Source: Pyrinomonadaceae bacterium (GTDB lineage Bacteria > Acidobacteriota > Blastocatellia > Pyrinomonadales > Pyrinomonadaceae). From it: a DNA stretch of 64,000 bases. Shown here one piece after another: positions 8,193 through 16,677 of the stretch (the stretch's first letter is position 1; the number at the start of each line of letters is the position of its first letter). The stretch is from contig OY969701.1 in the NCBI GenBank assembly GCA_963702045.1, positions 3,886,452 through 3,950,451 on the forward strand, in the 5' to 3' direction. The translations under genes and the position numbers were made by a program. A model generated the notes under the pieces. It worked only from the letters and a program-made list of their open reading frames with translations, was not told the DNA's origin and ran no database searches.

Positions 8193-9284
8193 TCACCCGC
8201 TAACACCCGTTCCGGTCGTCGGGCTCGCAGCCTTGACCTTACCTTTCCTCGCTCGCGCGTGATAAAGATCCGCCACCTCTTGTTCCTGTTCGGCGATGGC
8301 GACCTCCATCTTGTCAAAAATATCTACGGTGGCAGGATCAGTCAGCGAGTTGCGCAGCCTGTAAGTGTCGACAACTCCTGTTTGAAGATCGCCGAGTGCG
8401 CGCCTGAGCACGCTGACGTCATCACTCGACTGCAACCAACTCTTAAGCGTCGCCCACGCGCCGCTGGCCTCGGCCTGAAAAGTCTTTTCTCCACCAAGCG
8501 CCGACAGCCTTTCCTCCAACCGATGGATGTGCACGCGTTTGGTCGAGCAGATCTTATTGAACTCTCGCTTCAGATCGTCGTCGGAGACTTTTTCGGCGTA
8601 ATGCTCGAAAGCGTGGAGCGCGTAATGCTCGCCGCGGATTGCGGTATTGATGGCTTCGACGATTTCGTCTTTCGTCGAACCGCCCCAGCCTTCAGCCAGT
8701 TTCCACCATTCAGCGCTGATGTCGTTCTCGTCAGGTAACACCGTACCTTTGATCGACAGTCCAAGCCGACGCAGAATCGCGGTAGTAAAGACAGCCAGAT
8801 CGCCGGGCTGCCGCGACGTGATAAGTTTTCCATCCACAACAAGCGGCGCGTCGTCAAAGATTGCACCCGCGTTCTGCATGTCTTTGCGAATCGCGCGAAA
8901 GCCGGTCGCGTTAATGTTCTTCAAAAGATCGCCCTCGATCAGAACCTGCGGTCCGTGACAGACTGCGGCAACCAGTCTGTCCCGCTCTACTGCGTTCTGT
9001 ACAAACCGGACAGTTTTCATGTTCGTTCGCATGGCGTCGGGCGCAGCGCCGCCGGGAATAATTACGGCGTCAAAGTCTTCGGCCAACATTTCGGTTGTGG
9101 TCGCGTCGGCTTTGATCGATACCTTACCGTTCTTGCCGACGTAGGTTTCGTTCACGCGTGAACCCAGAACGGTCACCTCGGCCAGCGTTTCCTGCAGCGC
9201 TGTGTAGGGAATCTGAAATTCTGAATCTTCAAAATGTTGTTCTACCAGGATAGCGACTCTTGTCTTTTGAACTTCGGCGGTCAT
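8193..9284 (-). CDS. DJ-1/PfpI-family protein fused to a ferritin-like four-helix-bundle (DUF2383/PA2169-like) domain
   Basis: N-terminal half has VAILVEQHFEDSEF, IIPGG and the AAVCHGPQVL nucleophile elbow. C-terminal half has EHYALHAFEHYAEKV...HIHRLEERLSALGG...LRRALGDLQTG. AAGGAG Shine-Dalgarno sequence lies 9 nt before the ATG at 9284. Confidence 0.85.
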   Translation of the reverse strand: MTAEVQKTRVAILVEQHFEDSEFQIPYTALQETLAEVTVLGSRVNETYVGKNGKVSIKADATTTEMLAEDFDAVIIPGGAAPDAMRTNMKTVRFVQNAVERDRLVAAVCHGPQVLIEGDLLKNINATGFRAIRKDMQNAGAIFDDAPLVVDGKLITSRQPGDLAVFTTAILRRLGLSIKGTVLPDENDISAEWWKLAEGWGGSTKDEIVEAINTAIRGEHYALHAFEHYAEKVSDDDLKREFNKICSTKRVHIHRLEERLSALGGEKTFQAEASGAWATLKSWLQSSDDVSVLRRALGDLQTGVVDTYRLRNSLTDPATVDIFDKMEVAIAEQEQEVADLYHARARKGKVKAASPTTGTGVSG

Positions 9285-9489
9285 TGCTAAATCTCCTTCT
9301 GCTCTCATCGACGATGAGAAGCCTGCAAGCGAAAACGGGTAATAAACAGCGATATCTAGACGAATAATCGCAACAGACGTGCCAGCAGGAATTAGTGGAT
9401 TTGCGTAGAAATTCCGAGTGGAGAGCGGGAGACGTTGGCGAAAAGGCGTACAGGCGTGTACGGGCAGCGTGCAATAAGACTACGAAAGC

Positions 9490-9615
9490 AGATGTCAGAT
9501 GTTGTCGGATGTCGGAACGGCAGATGTTTGATGCTGGATGTTAGATGTTGACGAAAGTAGGGGTCAGGTCCGGTTCTTCTTTTACTGACATCTAACATCT
9601 GACTTCCAACATCTA
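9490..9615. repeat. Family F hairpin with heptamer-repeat arms, copy 2 of 2
   Basis: Left arm is eight GATGYYR units with two phase breaks. Right arm is four complementary YRRCATC units. The loop is unrelated to copy 1. Confidence 0.85.
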
Positions 9616-9616
9616 C

Positions 9617-10240
9617 TTAGCTCGTTGGACGCAGCAATCCGCGGAAAATTCCCTGGACTGAAACCTGCGACGCGGGAAGGCGCATCGGCGCGAGGCGTGA
9701 GTTTGCCGGCCGCAGCTCAACGGTCGAACCAAACCGGAAAAGACGTTTCAACGTAGCGCGAGTACCATCAACCAAAGCGACAACGATCTCGCCGTCGCGA
9801 GCTTCGGTTCGATTCTCGATCAGCGCGATATCGCCGTCGCAAATATGTTCGTCGATCATCGAATCGCCGCTGACTCGCAACGCATAAACTCTTTCCGGAC
9901 GTACTCGACCGAGCAGAAATCGCGGGACAGAGATCGGCTCGCTGTCCTCGATCGCCTCGATCGGAGCACCGGCGGCAATTCTTCCCAGCAACTGAACTTC
10001 ACAGATCGCGTCTGAAGAAACTTCTTCGACTTTTACCGCCAGACCGAACGCACCATCCGCCCTGTGTCGCGAGAGCAATCCGCGTTTTTCCAACGCCGCA
10101 ATATGTTTGGCGATCGTCGCTTTTGATTTGACGTTGAAGAAGCGAGCGATCTGGGCATACGAGGGTTCGTAGCCGTGACGTTCGATGAAACTCGATATGT
10201 AATCCAGAATCTCTTTCTGGCGTTGTGTGCGTGGAAGCAT
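9617..10240 (-). CDS. lexA: LexA repressor (S24 peptidase)
   Basis: Winged-helix N-terminus (QKEILDYISSFIERHGYEPSYAQIARFF), cleavage-region AAG, catalytic VSGDSM and a downstream TLKR Lys motif. 207 aa. Confidence 0.93.
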   Translation of the reverse strand: MLPRTQRQKEILDYISSFIERHGYEPSYAQIARFFNVKSKATIAKHIAALEKRGLLSRHRADGAFGLAVKVEEVSSDAICEVQLLGRIAAGAPIEAIEDSEPISVPRFLLGRVRPERVYALRVSGDSMIDEHICDGDIALIENRTEARDGEIVVALVDGTRATLKRLFRFGSTVELRPANSRLAPMRLPASQVSVQGIFRGLLRPTS

Positions 10241-10314
10241 GTAACAACTCTCCAGTCTTGATGGAAGAGGCGGCGGGCGGGTGGCGCAAACCTCAAAATT
10301 TCAGGTGCGTCGAG

Positions 10315-10343
10315 ATTCTAAGGGCGCGCAAGTTAAGCGTCAA
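10315..10343 (-). promoter_or_regulatory. sigma-70-like promoter candidate for lexA
   Basis: On the minus strand: TTGACG (10343..10338), 17-nt spacer, TAGAAT (10320..10315). It lies about 75 nt upstream of the lexA ATG and is embedded in the upstream hairpin. Confidence 0.45.
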
Positions 10344-10361
10344 GCACTTCGTTGCGCGCCC
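10322..10361 (-). terminator. GC-rich hairpin downstream of the SYLF gene (possible terminator)
   Basis: GGGCGCGCAA-N20-TTGCGCGCCC starts 28 nt after the stop at 10389. There is no clear U-tract, so the terminator function is uncertain. Confidence 0.4.
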
Positions 10362-10388
10362 CGTAGATTTACATGGTTGAGAAAAAAT

Positions 10389-11111
10389 TTACTTCGCCCT
10401 GCGGCTGGAATAGCGCGAGAGCGTTTGCGGAAAAATGCGAACACCGGCCGGCATGTTTCTCAACGTCATGCCGCTTCCGCTCTTCAGAACGTCGTTTGCT
10501 TTCTTTCCATAGACTGCTTCGTTCAGATCGTTGTCCGGATTGATGACCGCGCCTTCCAGCGACGCACCAATGAACGCGCCCTTGCTGCGCGAATATGAAA
10601 GAATTCCCGCGTCAAGCGTCACGTTCGTGGAAGCGGCGGCCGTTCTGCCAACCGGACCTGCCGAGATGCTGGCCTGCGCGCCGATTTCGAACTTGTCTTC
10701 GAGCAATCCGTTCAGTCCCTCGTCATTCATGATAAGCAGAACGTAGTCGGTTTTTTGCGCTCCGATCTGCGCACCAAAACTTCCGCCGCCCAGATTGAAG
10801 AATGCCGGTGCATCCCATCCGTTCTTTGTGCGACGACTGATCACGCCCTGTCCACCGCGCCCGCCAAAGATGAATGCGGCCTTTACCACGCCCGGGAAAA
10901 CCATTATCGCTTCGGCTTTATCAAGCAGCTCTTTCGGAATCGCCTTATCAGGCACCGCCATTATTTCGTTGAATACCTTGGAAGCGTCGCGCGCATGCCG
11001 CTCGGCGTCCTTTAGTCTCTTGTTCTGCGCCGGAGCAACCGCCGCCGTCAAACACAGCACGGCGAAAATACTCAGCGCGCAAAACACCTTTCGTTTAATA
11101 AACCGGTTCAT
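10389..11111 (-). CDS. SYLF (DUF500/Ysc84-like) lipid-binding domain protein, secreted
   Basis: Signal peptide MNRFIKRKVFCALSIFAVLCLTAAVAPA. Gly-rich SYLF pattern (FGGRGGQGVISRR, FFNLGGGSFGAQIGA, SISAGPVGR, YSRSKGAFIGASLEG). AGGAGG Shine-Dalgarno sequence precedes the ATG at 11111. Confidence 0.85.
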   Translation of the reverse strand: MNRFIKRKVFCALSIFAVLCLTAAVAPAQNKRLKDAERHARDASKVFNEIMAVPDKAIPKELLDKAEAIMVFPGVVKAAFIFGGRGGQGVISRRTKNGWDAPAFFNLGGGSFGAQIGAQKTDYVLLIMNDEGLNGLLEDKFEIGAQASISAGPVGRTAAASTNVTLDAGILSYSRSKGAFIGASLEGAVINPDNDLNEAVYGKKANDVLKSGSGMTLRNMPAGVRIFPQTLSRYSSRRAK

Positions 11112-11285
11112 GCTTCTCCTCCTCGCATCCGATTGAAAATCGCTAAATGCCTCGCCCAAATCTCTCTTCTCAAGAACGCATCGAGAAAAATTTTAGGGGG
11201 TTGTACGTCGCGGATTCTATCACGTGTAACCACACCGCCAGCACCTTGACGCGTAAATGTCACAAGACCGAAAGCAATTCTTGAC

Positions 11286-13085
11286 TTAAGGATGGCGGTG
11301 ACCTCCGCCGCTGTGTGACATCCGGTTGGGTCTGATTCGAACAAAGAAACGATACGACGTCGGTCGATCGCCGTAGATCAAGTCGAGCACCGCAGGTTTT
11401 GAATAAAACGTAAAGTCCGAACCCAGCGCAACCGAAAACCTGTCATCTGTCCAAACATCGCGCGCGTAGCCAAAAGTGTAAGCGCTGATGCGAAACACCG
11501 GATGATCGGTGACAAAACCCAGGTCGTGCGCCTCGTCATGACTTAACAATCCATTTTTATCCACCAGCTCGAGCCTGGTGTAGACATAGTTTCTGTTAAG
11601 GAAGTTCAATGTCGACTCCGCTGTGTAGCCGTTAAGCGTTTGCGGCTCGTCGTGGTGTTCGCGGTTACGCCCCCAGATAAAAGCGCTGGCCCAATTGCCG
11701 CGATCGAATCGCTTGTTGTAGGTGATGGACGCGGTCATGCGGCGCACGTCGCCCGGCTGTAACTCCTCGGGATTCTTCAGCAATCCGTGGCTGTACTGCA
11801 TGGCCCAGTTGTCATTCGGCGCAAACGAGATTCGAAACGATCGCGAGTTCCATGGATTGAATTCGAAGTCGTATCGATTTTCGTCCGGCTCGCGCCCGTT
11901 GAAAACCGACCCCTCGATTTTGAACCAGCGATATGTAAAGCCGGTGGTGAAGACGCCGAACGAGATATGCGACGAATCCTGCAAGTGATGAGTCAGCGGC
12001 GCCGATGGATTTTCCGAAGCAGACATCCGGTGCATGAATGCGGTCGGCCCTAACGCCGGCTCTCCCGGAAAGCCAAGGTATGCGAACCACGTCGCGCGTT
12101 CGCCGATTGGCAAGGTGTAGTTGGCGGACAGCTCCATGAAAAGATCGTGCGGGTGCTGCGCATCCACTATCGGCTGTCCGCGATAGGCTTCGCCGGTTTG
12201 GAAAAGTTGCGGCGAACCGCCGGGTGGAAAGGTAAACGGCTCTGCGCTGAACATTCCGCGAAGCTGAAGCGTTCCGGCGCCCACCCGGCGAATCGCCATC
12301 GGCATAAACCAGTTCTGCGATTCGAACTTCGCAACCCCGCGCGGTCCACCCTGAGCGTTAACTCCCATTTTCAAATCGCCATGAAAGAAGAGCAGCCATT
12401 TGCCGGCCGACTTGTACCACATGTACATAGGTGTGGTTGTCGGTTGCCATGACGTGCCGGAGCCCATCTGGCCCATCGCGATCGAATTGTTTTTGCTGGC
12501 CCCGATACGGATGTCCATCTTCTCTTCTGACATCGTCATGAGAGAATCGCTGGTTGGAATTCCTTCTACGGCTTTCACCGGCTCGTGCGTGTGCGGAGCA
12601 GCCGGCGTCTCACTCGTCTTCGTTTCGTCGGGCGTTGCGGACATCTTCGAATGGTCGTGCGGAGGATCAGCGCCTGGCGACGAAGGTGTCGATTCGGACT
12701 GGGTTGTTTTCGGCGTGACGTCGGATTGCTGAACAGGAGTTGTCGTGGCCCGTTCGGTTTGGTTAGTCGCTGGTACGTGTGTCTCGTGCTGCACAGGCGA
12801 AGAAGTCGGCGCATCGCTCGGCTTGGGTTCGTCGACAGGCGCTGCTTGATTTGTGTTCGGAGCGACAGATGGCGGCGCTTGCTGAACCGGCGTCGTCGTC
12901 GGAGCTTTCTTTACATTTTTCTTTGCGGGTTTCCTGGCCGGTTTCTTGGCAGGTTTGGGCTTGTTTGTCGCGGGCATGTTGTGCCCTTCGTGCTGCGCTC
13001 GAACTGAACGGACAAACGGCGCTGCGGCGACAAATAACAGGACGGCCAGCACCACGACATGTGCTCGGCGAATTAATCTGATCAT
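11286..13085 (-). CDS. secreted His-rich protein with a C-terminal beta-rich (outer-membrane barrel-like) domain, unknown family
   Basis: Signal peptide MIRLIRRAHVVVLAVLLFVAAAPFVRSVRA after a GAGGGGA Shine-Dalgarno sequence. Pro/Thr/Lys-rich linker carries HEGHNM, HETH, HDHSKM and HTHEP. The C-terminal region of about 400 aa has alternating aromatic/polar beta-strand character and further His pairs. Confidence 0.75.
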   Translation of the reverse strand: MIRLIRRAHVVVLAVLLFVAAAPFVRSVRAQHEGHNMPATNKPKPAKKPARKPAKKNVKKAPTTTPVQQAPPSVAPNTNQAAPVDEPKPSDAPTSSPVQHETHVPATNQTERATTTPVQQSDVTPKTTQSESTPSSPGADPPHDHSKMSATPDETKTSETPAAPHTHEPVKAVEGIPTSDSLMTMSEEKMDIRIGASKNNSIAMGQMGSGTSWQPTTTPMYMWYKSAGKWLLFFHGDLKMGVNAQGGPRGVAKFESQNWFMPMAIRRVGAGTLQLRGMFSAEPFTFPPGGSPQLFQTGEAYRGQPIVDAQHPHDLFMELSANYTLPIGERATWFAYLGFPGEPALGPTAFMHRMSASENPSAPLTHHLQDSSHISFGVFTTGFTYRWFKIEGSVFNGREPDENRYDFEFNPWNSRSFRISFAPNDNWAMQYSHGLLKNPEELQPGDVRRMTASITYNKRFDRGNWASAFIWGRNREHHDEPQTLNGYTAESTLNFLNRNYVYTRLELVDKNGLLSHDEAHDLGFVTDHPVFRISAYTFGYARDVWTDDRFSVALGSDFTFYSKPAVLDLIYGDRPTSYRFFVRIRPNRMSHSGGGHRHP

Positions 13086-13221
13086 GACTCCCCTCGAATG
13101 CTTGTCGATCACGCGCAGGCTCTTAACAAATCATCTGCGCGCGGTAGCGATTGATTACTACGATAGACACGACGACGCGCTTCACTCACCGCAATGAGTT
13201 GAAGCGGTTTGGAGGGAACTG

Positions 13222-13782
13222 TTAGATCAGAAATGTGCTATGGAGAATGAAGGCGCGAATCGAGTTGCCGGGTGGAGCGCCGCCGCGGCTGCACACTCGC
13301 GCGGGAACGATAGGTAACTGAATTTCGACGGAGCGAAAGTTATCGGGTTTCAAAAGGTCCGTGACTCGCTTCGCTGATTTATCGTTAGCCAGATTCAGCG
13401 GAGCAGGTACAGGGGTTGAAGGGGCCAGGCAATGTGTACAGGGTGTGCAGGGGGCGCCCAGCGGAGACACGCTTTCAGCGAACGCGGCCGGCTCGTTTTG
13501 CTCCGACTCGGCGTGATGTTGAGCGGGAGCCGGTTCCGCATCCTCGCTGCAATGCGACTCCATCTCAGGCTCTTCAGGTTGTGCCGGCTCTTCCTGCTTT
13601 GCATGCATCGTCTGCATTGTCTGCATTGCCGGGCAAGAAGCGTCTTCGTCTGCCGTGTCGACAAGAGGCTTTGATACGCCGGCCATGTGTGGACAGAACG
13701 CAGCAGCGAAGACAGTTCCCCACCCGCTCGCCAAAAGCGGAACGAGGAGGAAAAGCCAACCGAGCTTTGATCTAAGCCGCAT
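13222..13782 (-). CDS. small secreted Cys/His/Met-rich protein, putative metal binder
   Basis: Signal-like LGWLFLLVPLLASGWGTVFAAA, then FCPHMAG, CPAMQTMQTMH, ESHCSED, AQHHAE and CTPCTHC. Same strand as, and immediately upstream of, the His-rich protein gene. Confidence 0.6.
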   Translation of the reverse strand: MRLRSKLGWLFLLVPLLASGWGTVFAAAFCPHMAGVSKPLVDTADEDASCPAMQTMQTMHAKQEEPAQPEEPEMESHCSEDAEPAPAQHHAESEQNEPAAFAESVSPLGAPCTPCTHCLAPSTPVPAPLNLANDKSAKRVTDLLKPDNFRSVEIQLPIVPARVCSRGGAPPGNSIRAFILHSTFLI

Positions 13783-13900
13783 AAATTGAGTTTGTGTCCG
13801 CGGTGAAGTTTAGCACGCGGCTTCGTAGAGGTGATAGAGGACCTGTGGTTTAGCGTGTTAGTTCAAAAACTCAGTTGAATACCCGTGAAAGGGATGGGGT

Positions 13901-13965
13901 CCCGCAAAGACGCAAAGGAGTTGAGCCGCTCTGTATCTCTATTGATTTATTCGCGCCTTTGCGGG
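13901..13965. repeat. Family E hairpin (short copy)
   Basis: CCCGCAAAGACGCAAA ... TTCGCGCCTTTGCGGG inverted repeat. The CGCAAAGGCGCAAAG-type arms are shared with 15862, 31055, 43762 and 49806. Confidence 0.7.
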
Positions 13966-14031
13966 AACCTGCTTTCCACCGCGACTGGTACTGACTGGTT
14001 CGTGTCGCTTCCTCGATCTCTCCGTCCCGCC

Positions 14032-15420
14032 TCACTTAAAATCGGTCCACCTGCCTTTATGCGCGCCCCATTGAAGTTTGCCTTCGAAAACCCTGATTCG
14101 GATTTTTCCCGGTTGAGTCGGGAGCTGGCCGCCCGGTTCTTCTTCCAGCTCGATGATCCCGTTGAAAGCGAATCCCTTGTGCGGGCTCCGTTGGTTGGCG
14201 GTGAATCGATGAATGCCGTTCCAGTCCCGAGAAGTTTCAAAGTAATTCGCCCGGGTCCCGAATCGCGCGGTCGGCTTCTCTACTAATTCGCTTTCATAAG
14301 CCACTATAGGCTGATCGGCTGGGTAAAAGTTTACGCCAGGGTCGCGATAAATATGTCTGGCCTGGAATTCATTTATCGCGGTGATGGGATTTTCACTGAC
14401 CATGATGAGCGCGCCGTCGGTGCACGCGAACGGGCTGCGGCTATCCACTTCTTTATCGCAGTCGGTGACGTATTTTCCATTGGGCAGGCGATAGAGCATA
14501 TCGCCGCGCGAATAGATTCGGCTATGTCCCGCCGCGTGAACCGACTGGACGCAATACTGATTGCCGCGCGATTCAAGGATCGTGGTGTTTTCCAGGACAA
14601 CGCGGTCCTGAACCAAATTCCCCTTGAGATTAACAGCCGCGATGTGCGAACCGGCAACTACTCTTAGAAATTCCTGCATTCCCTCGGTCGCGCAGCTCTC
14701 AATATTGATTGGTCCCCGCTCTCCGCCCAAAAAGACAAACGTCTTTGCGTTGGCGGGGTTCGGCTTGCCGTTGATGCAGGGATCGTTCGTCTCGCCTACG
14801 CCGAGGCATCCATCCATTCTTAAAAGCCCGACCTTGTTAAATTCCAGAGCATTGTTGCCGATGCCCGGCTTGAAGTAGCAGTTATCCAGGACGAATTGCG
14901 AGTTGGTCGTATTGCACTTGATACCGGTTCCGCCGATAAACTGACAGTCAGCCAGGCGGAGCATATTGCACTCCCAATCTGAAACGCCCGGCAACGATCG
15001 CACTTCGAAACCGCAATCGAGATTTTGAGTGACGACGCGCTCGAACGTAGTCATAAACGCAGACTTGTCGTATGTGCCCTCCGCCAACACACCGACGTTC
15101 TTCGATCCTCTGGCGGCGTGAAGTTCGATGTCGCGGAAATTAACGCTACGGCTCAGGTCGCCGACTTTGAAGACATAGCCGTCTTGACCAGCAAGCGAGA
15201 TGCGACATTGAGAATTATCACGGGCGCCGGTTCCCTCGATGGTGGTGCAGGGTGGAAGAACATGCTTGCCGCCTGTCTTCCAGATGCCGGCGGGAAACGA
15301 AATGACTCCTCCGCCAACACCAAGGGCCTCGTTAATCGTCTTTCTAATCGCTTCGGAGTTATCAAATGATCCATCGCCTCGTGCGCCGTGTTTCTCGACG
15401 CTGAACTTGGTGTCTTGCAC
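14032..15420 (-). CDS. right-handed beta-helix protein, pectate-lyase superfamily (glycosidase/lyase-like)
   Basis: N-terminus VEKHGARGDGSFDNSEAIRKTINEALGVGGGVISFPAGIWK matches the pectate_lyase_3-type start. Repetitive G/N/C-rich coil pattern follows. GTG start is preceded by AAGGAG. No obvious signal peptide. Confidence 0.8.
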   Translation of the reverse strand: MQDTKFSVEKHGARGDGSFDNSEAIRKTINEALGVGGGVISFPAGIWKTGGKHVLPPCTTIEGTGARDNSQCRISLAGQDGYVFKVGDLSRSVNFRDIELHAARGSKNVGVLAEGTYDKSAFMTTFERVVTQNLDCGFEVRSLPGVSDWECNMLRLADCQFIGGTGIKCNTTNSQFVLDNCYFKPGIGNNALEFNKVGLLRMDGCLGVGETNDPCINGKPNPANAKTFVFLGGERGPINIESCATEGMQEFLRVVAGSHIAAVNLKGNLVQDRVVLENTTILESRGNQYCVQSVHAAGHSRIYSRGDMLYRLPNGKYVTDCDKEVDSRSPFACTDGALIMVSENPITAINEFQARHIYRDPGVNFYPADQPIVAYESELVEKPTARFGTRANYFETSRDWNGIHRFTANQRSPHKGFAFNGIIELEEEPGGQLPTQPGKIRIRVFEGKLQWGAHKGRWTDFK

Positions 15421-15644
15421 AGGGGTTTTCTCCTTTACTGGATGATTGGAAGCTCGCGACGTTGCAGGTGATGAAGGTCGTTGCGAAATCCGGCCGGCAG
15501 GAACGGTTGAAGGTCCTTCTTGATCTTTAGTCGGAACCGGTTTTTTCCAGAAGGCTAATCACTCGCTCGGTGAAGTCGCGCCAGCCCAAAACGATCGTGA
15601 GCATCGCTGTAGTTGATGCGGCCCGCTTACAGAGATCGACGACT

Positions 15645-15740
15645 GGTAAATAGTGAATGGTAAATGGTAAATAGAAGGTTCAGTGATCGCTCGGCGCTAT
15701 TTTCCATTTACCATTCACTATTTACGATTCACCATTTACC
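15645..15740. repeat. Family G hairpin with heptamer-repeat arms
   Basis: Left arm GGTAAAT AGTGAAT GGTAAAT GGTAAAT. Right arm has six complementary ATTYACY units. Single copy in this window. Confidence 0.85.
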
Positions 15741-15861
15741 TCTTGAGTTTGTCGAATGATCTTAAGGGTCGCGGCGACATAATACACCCGCTCCGGGCTT
15801 ACCCAAGCATAAATGTCGACCTGGCGGGGTGCTTGATTGCGAGTGATCGGCGCGCAAAAAA

Positions 15862-15900
15862 AAGACGCAAAGGAGAAACGTCGATTCTCCCTTGCGTCTT
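15862..15900. repeat. Family E hairpin (minimal copy)
   Basis: AAGACGCAAAGGAGAA-ACGTCGA-TTCTCCCTTGCGTCTT, a 16-bp stem with one mismatch. Confidence 0.7.
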
Positions 15901-16220
15901 GAAGACGGCCGTTCGCGAGGCATTAATTTTCTCGAGTTGGGCAAATCAGAACAGCGGTGTTGAGGCGCAAAGGCGTGTCGATGTCCGGATCGACACAGAA
16001 AACGTGCGGCCGCGAATACGCAGAATTCAAAAACTTACGAACGATTGTTTAGGGGGCAATGAGAAAACTGGCTGACCACCAGCGCGAACCACAGATAGAT
16101 GCTACGTATTTCGAAACTGTTGCTCTCTAAAACGTGGGTTGGCGACGGGGTTAAGTGAGGTCCAAACCGTGGCCGGAATCAGTGTAACTCAGGCCGAACG
16201 CGGCAAGCAAAGTTTTTGAG

Positions 16221-16320
16221 GGAGCGCAGGCGGCTCGCCTGCACTGAGCGCCGCAGGCGCGAAAAGCGCAAATGCATTATTCGCGCTTCGCGCTCACTGC
16301 AGGCGAGCCGCCTGCGCTCC
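16221..16320. repeat. Family C palindromic element (long copy)
   Basis: GGAGCGCAGGCGGCTCGCCTGCA ... TGCAGGCGAGCCGCCTGCGCTCC. The right half, TTCGCGCTTCGCGCTCACTGCAGGCGAGCCGCCTGCGCTCC, is nearly identical to 53208..53248. Confidence 0.9.
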
Positions 16321-16411
16321 TTCGTCGAATTTGACTGCTCCGGTCTTTGATGCGACCATCGGCGTCACTCAAACTTAAGCATTACTATCAGAACAACGGG
16401 AGGGTTTTATC

Positions 16412-16618
16412 GTGGAAGTGAACAAAGAGAACGTCGTATCACAGGAAGAAACCGGCGAAACCGCGCCGATGGACCAGGTCGAAAACCGCGTAGAGGCCGA
16501 GATGAAACGTATCGAGGGCCGAGCCAAAGAACGCGTGGCCCATGGATTACAGGATGAAGAGCTCGAACGAGACGCCCAGAAGTTGAAAGAAGAAGGCGAG
16601 CGCGAGAAGCCGGCGTAA
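16412..16618 (+). CDS. small CsbD-like stress protein (tentative)
   Basis: GGGAGG Shine-Dalgarno sequence lies 8 nt before the GTG. IEGRAKERVAHGLQDEELERDAQKLKEEGE resembles the GKAKE..G...DEELE..GK CsbD repeat. 68 aa. Confidence 0.45.
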   Translation: MEVNKENVVSQEETGETAPMDQVENRVEAEMKRIEGRAKERVAHGLQDEELERDAQKLKEEGEREKPA

Positions 16619-16677
16619 GCGTGGAGGAACGAGTGACAAGACAGGCGGCTTATCACGCAATTTATCACCTGGGCTTC

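Noticed and set aside
9555-9580. GGTCAGGTCCGG, reminiscent of the SRP (4.5S) RNA domain IV core.
   Set aside because: It lacks the following GAAGGAAGCAGC segment and the complementary strand of the helix. It lies in the loop of repeat F2, so the match is a coincidence.
10241-10314. Canonical LexA/SOS box upstream of lexA.
   Set aside because: By eye I found no CTGT-N8-ACAG, GAAC-N4-GTTC or GTTC-N7-GTTC. Only the weak palindrome noted in the findings is present.
14032-15420. Beta-helix protein as a phage tailspike or prophage remnant.
   Set aside because: No phage structural, integrase or lysis genes flank it. Pectate-lyase-fold proteins are common chromosomal glycan-active enzymes.
15421-15644. 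Short ORFs on the minus strand (for example MLTIVLGWRDFTERVISLLEKTGSD) that looked like a decayed gene or a toxin-antitoxin remnant.
   Set aside because: They are too short, I recognise no motif, and there is no ribosome-binding site. I cannot support a call.
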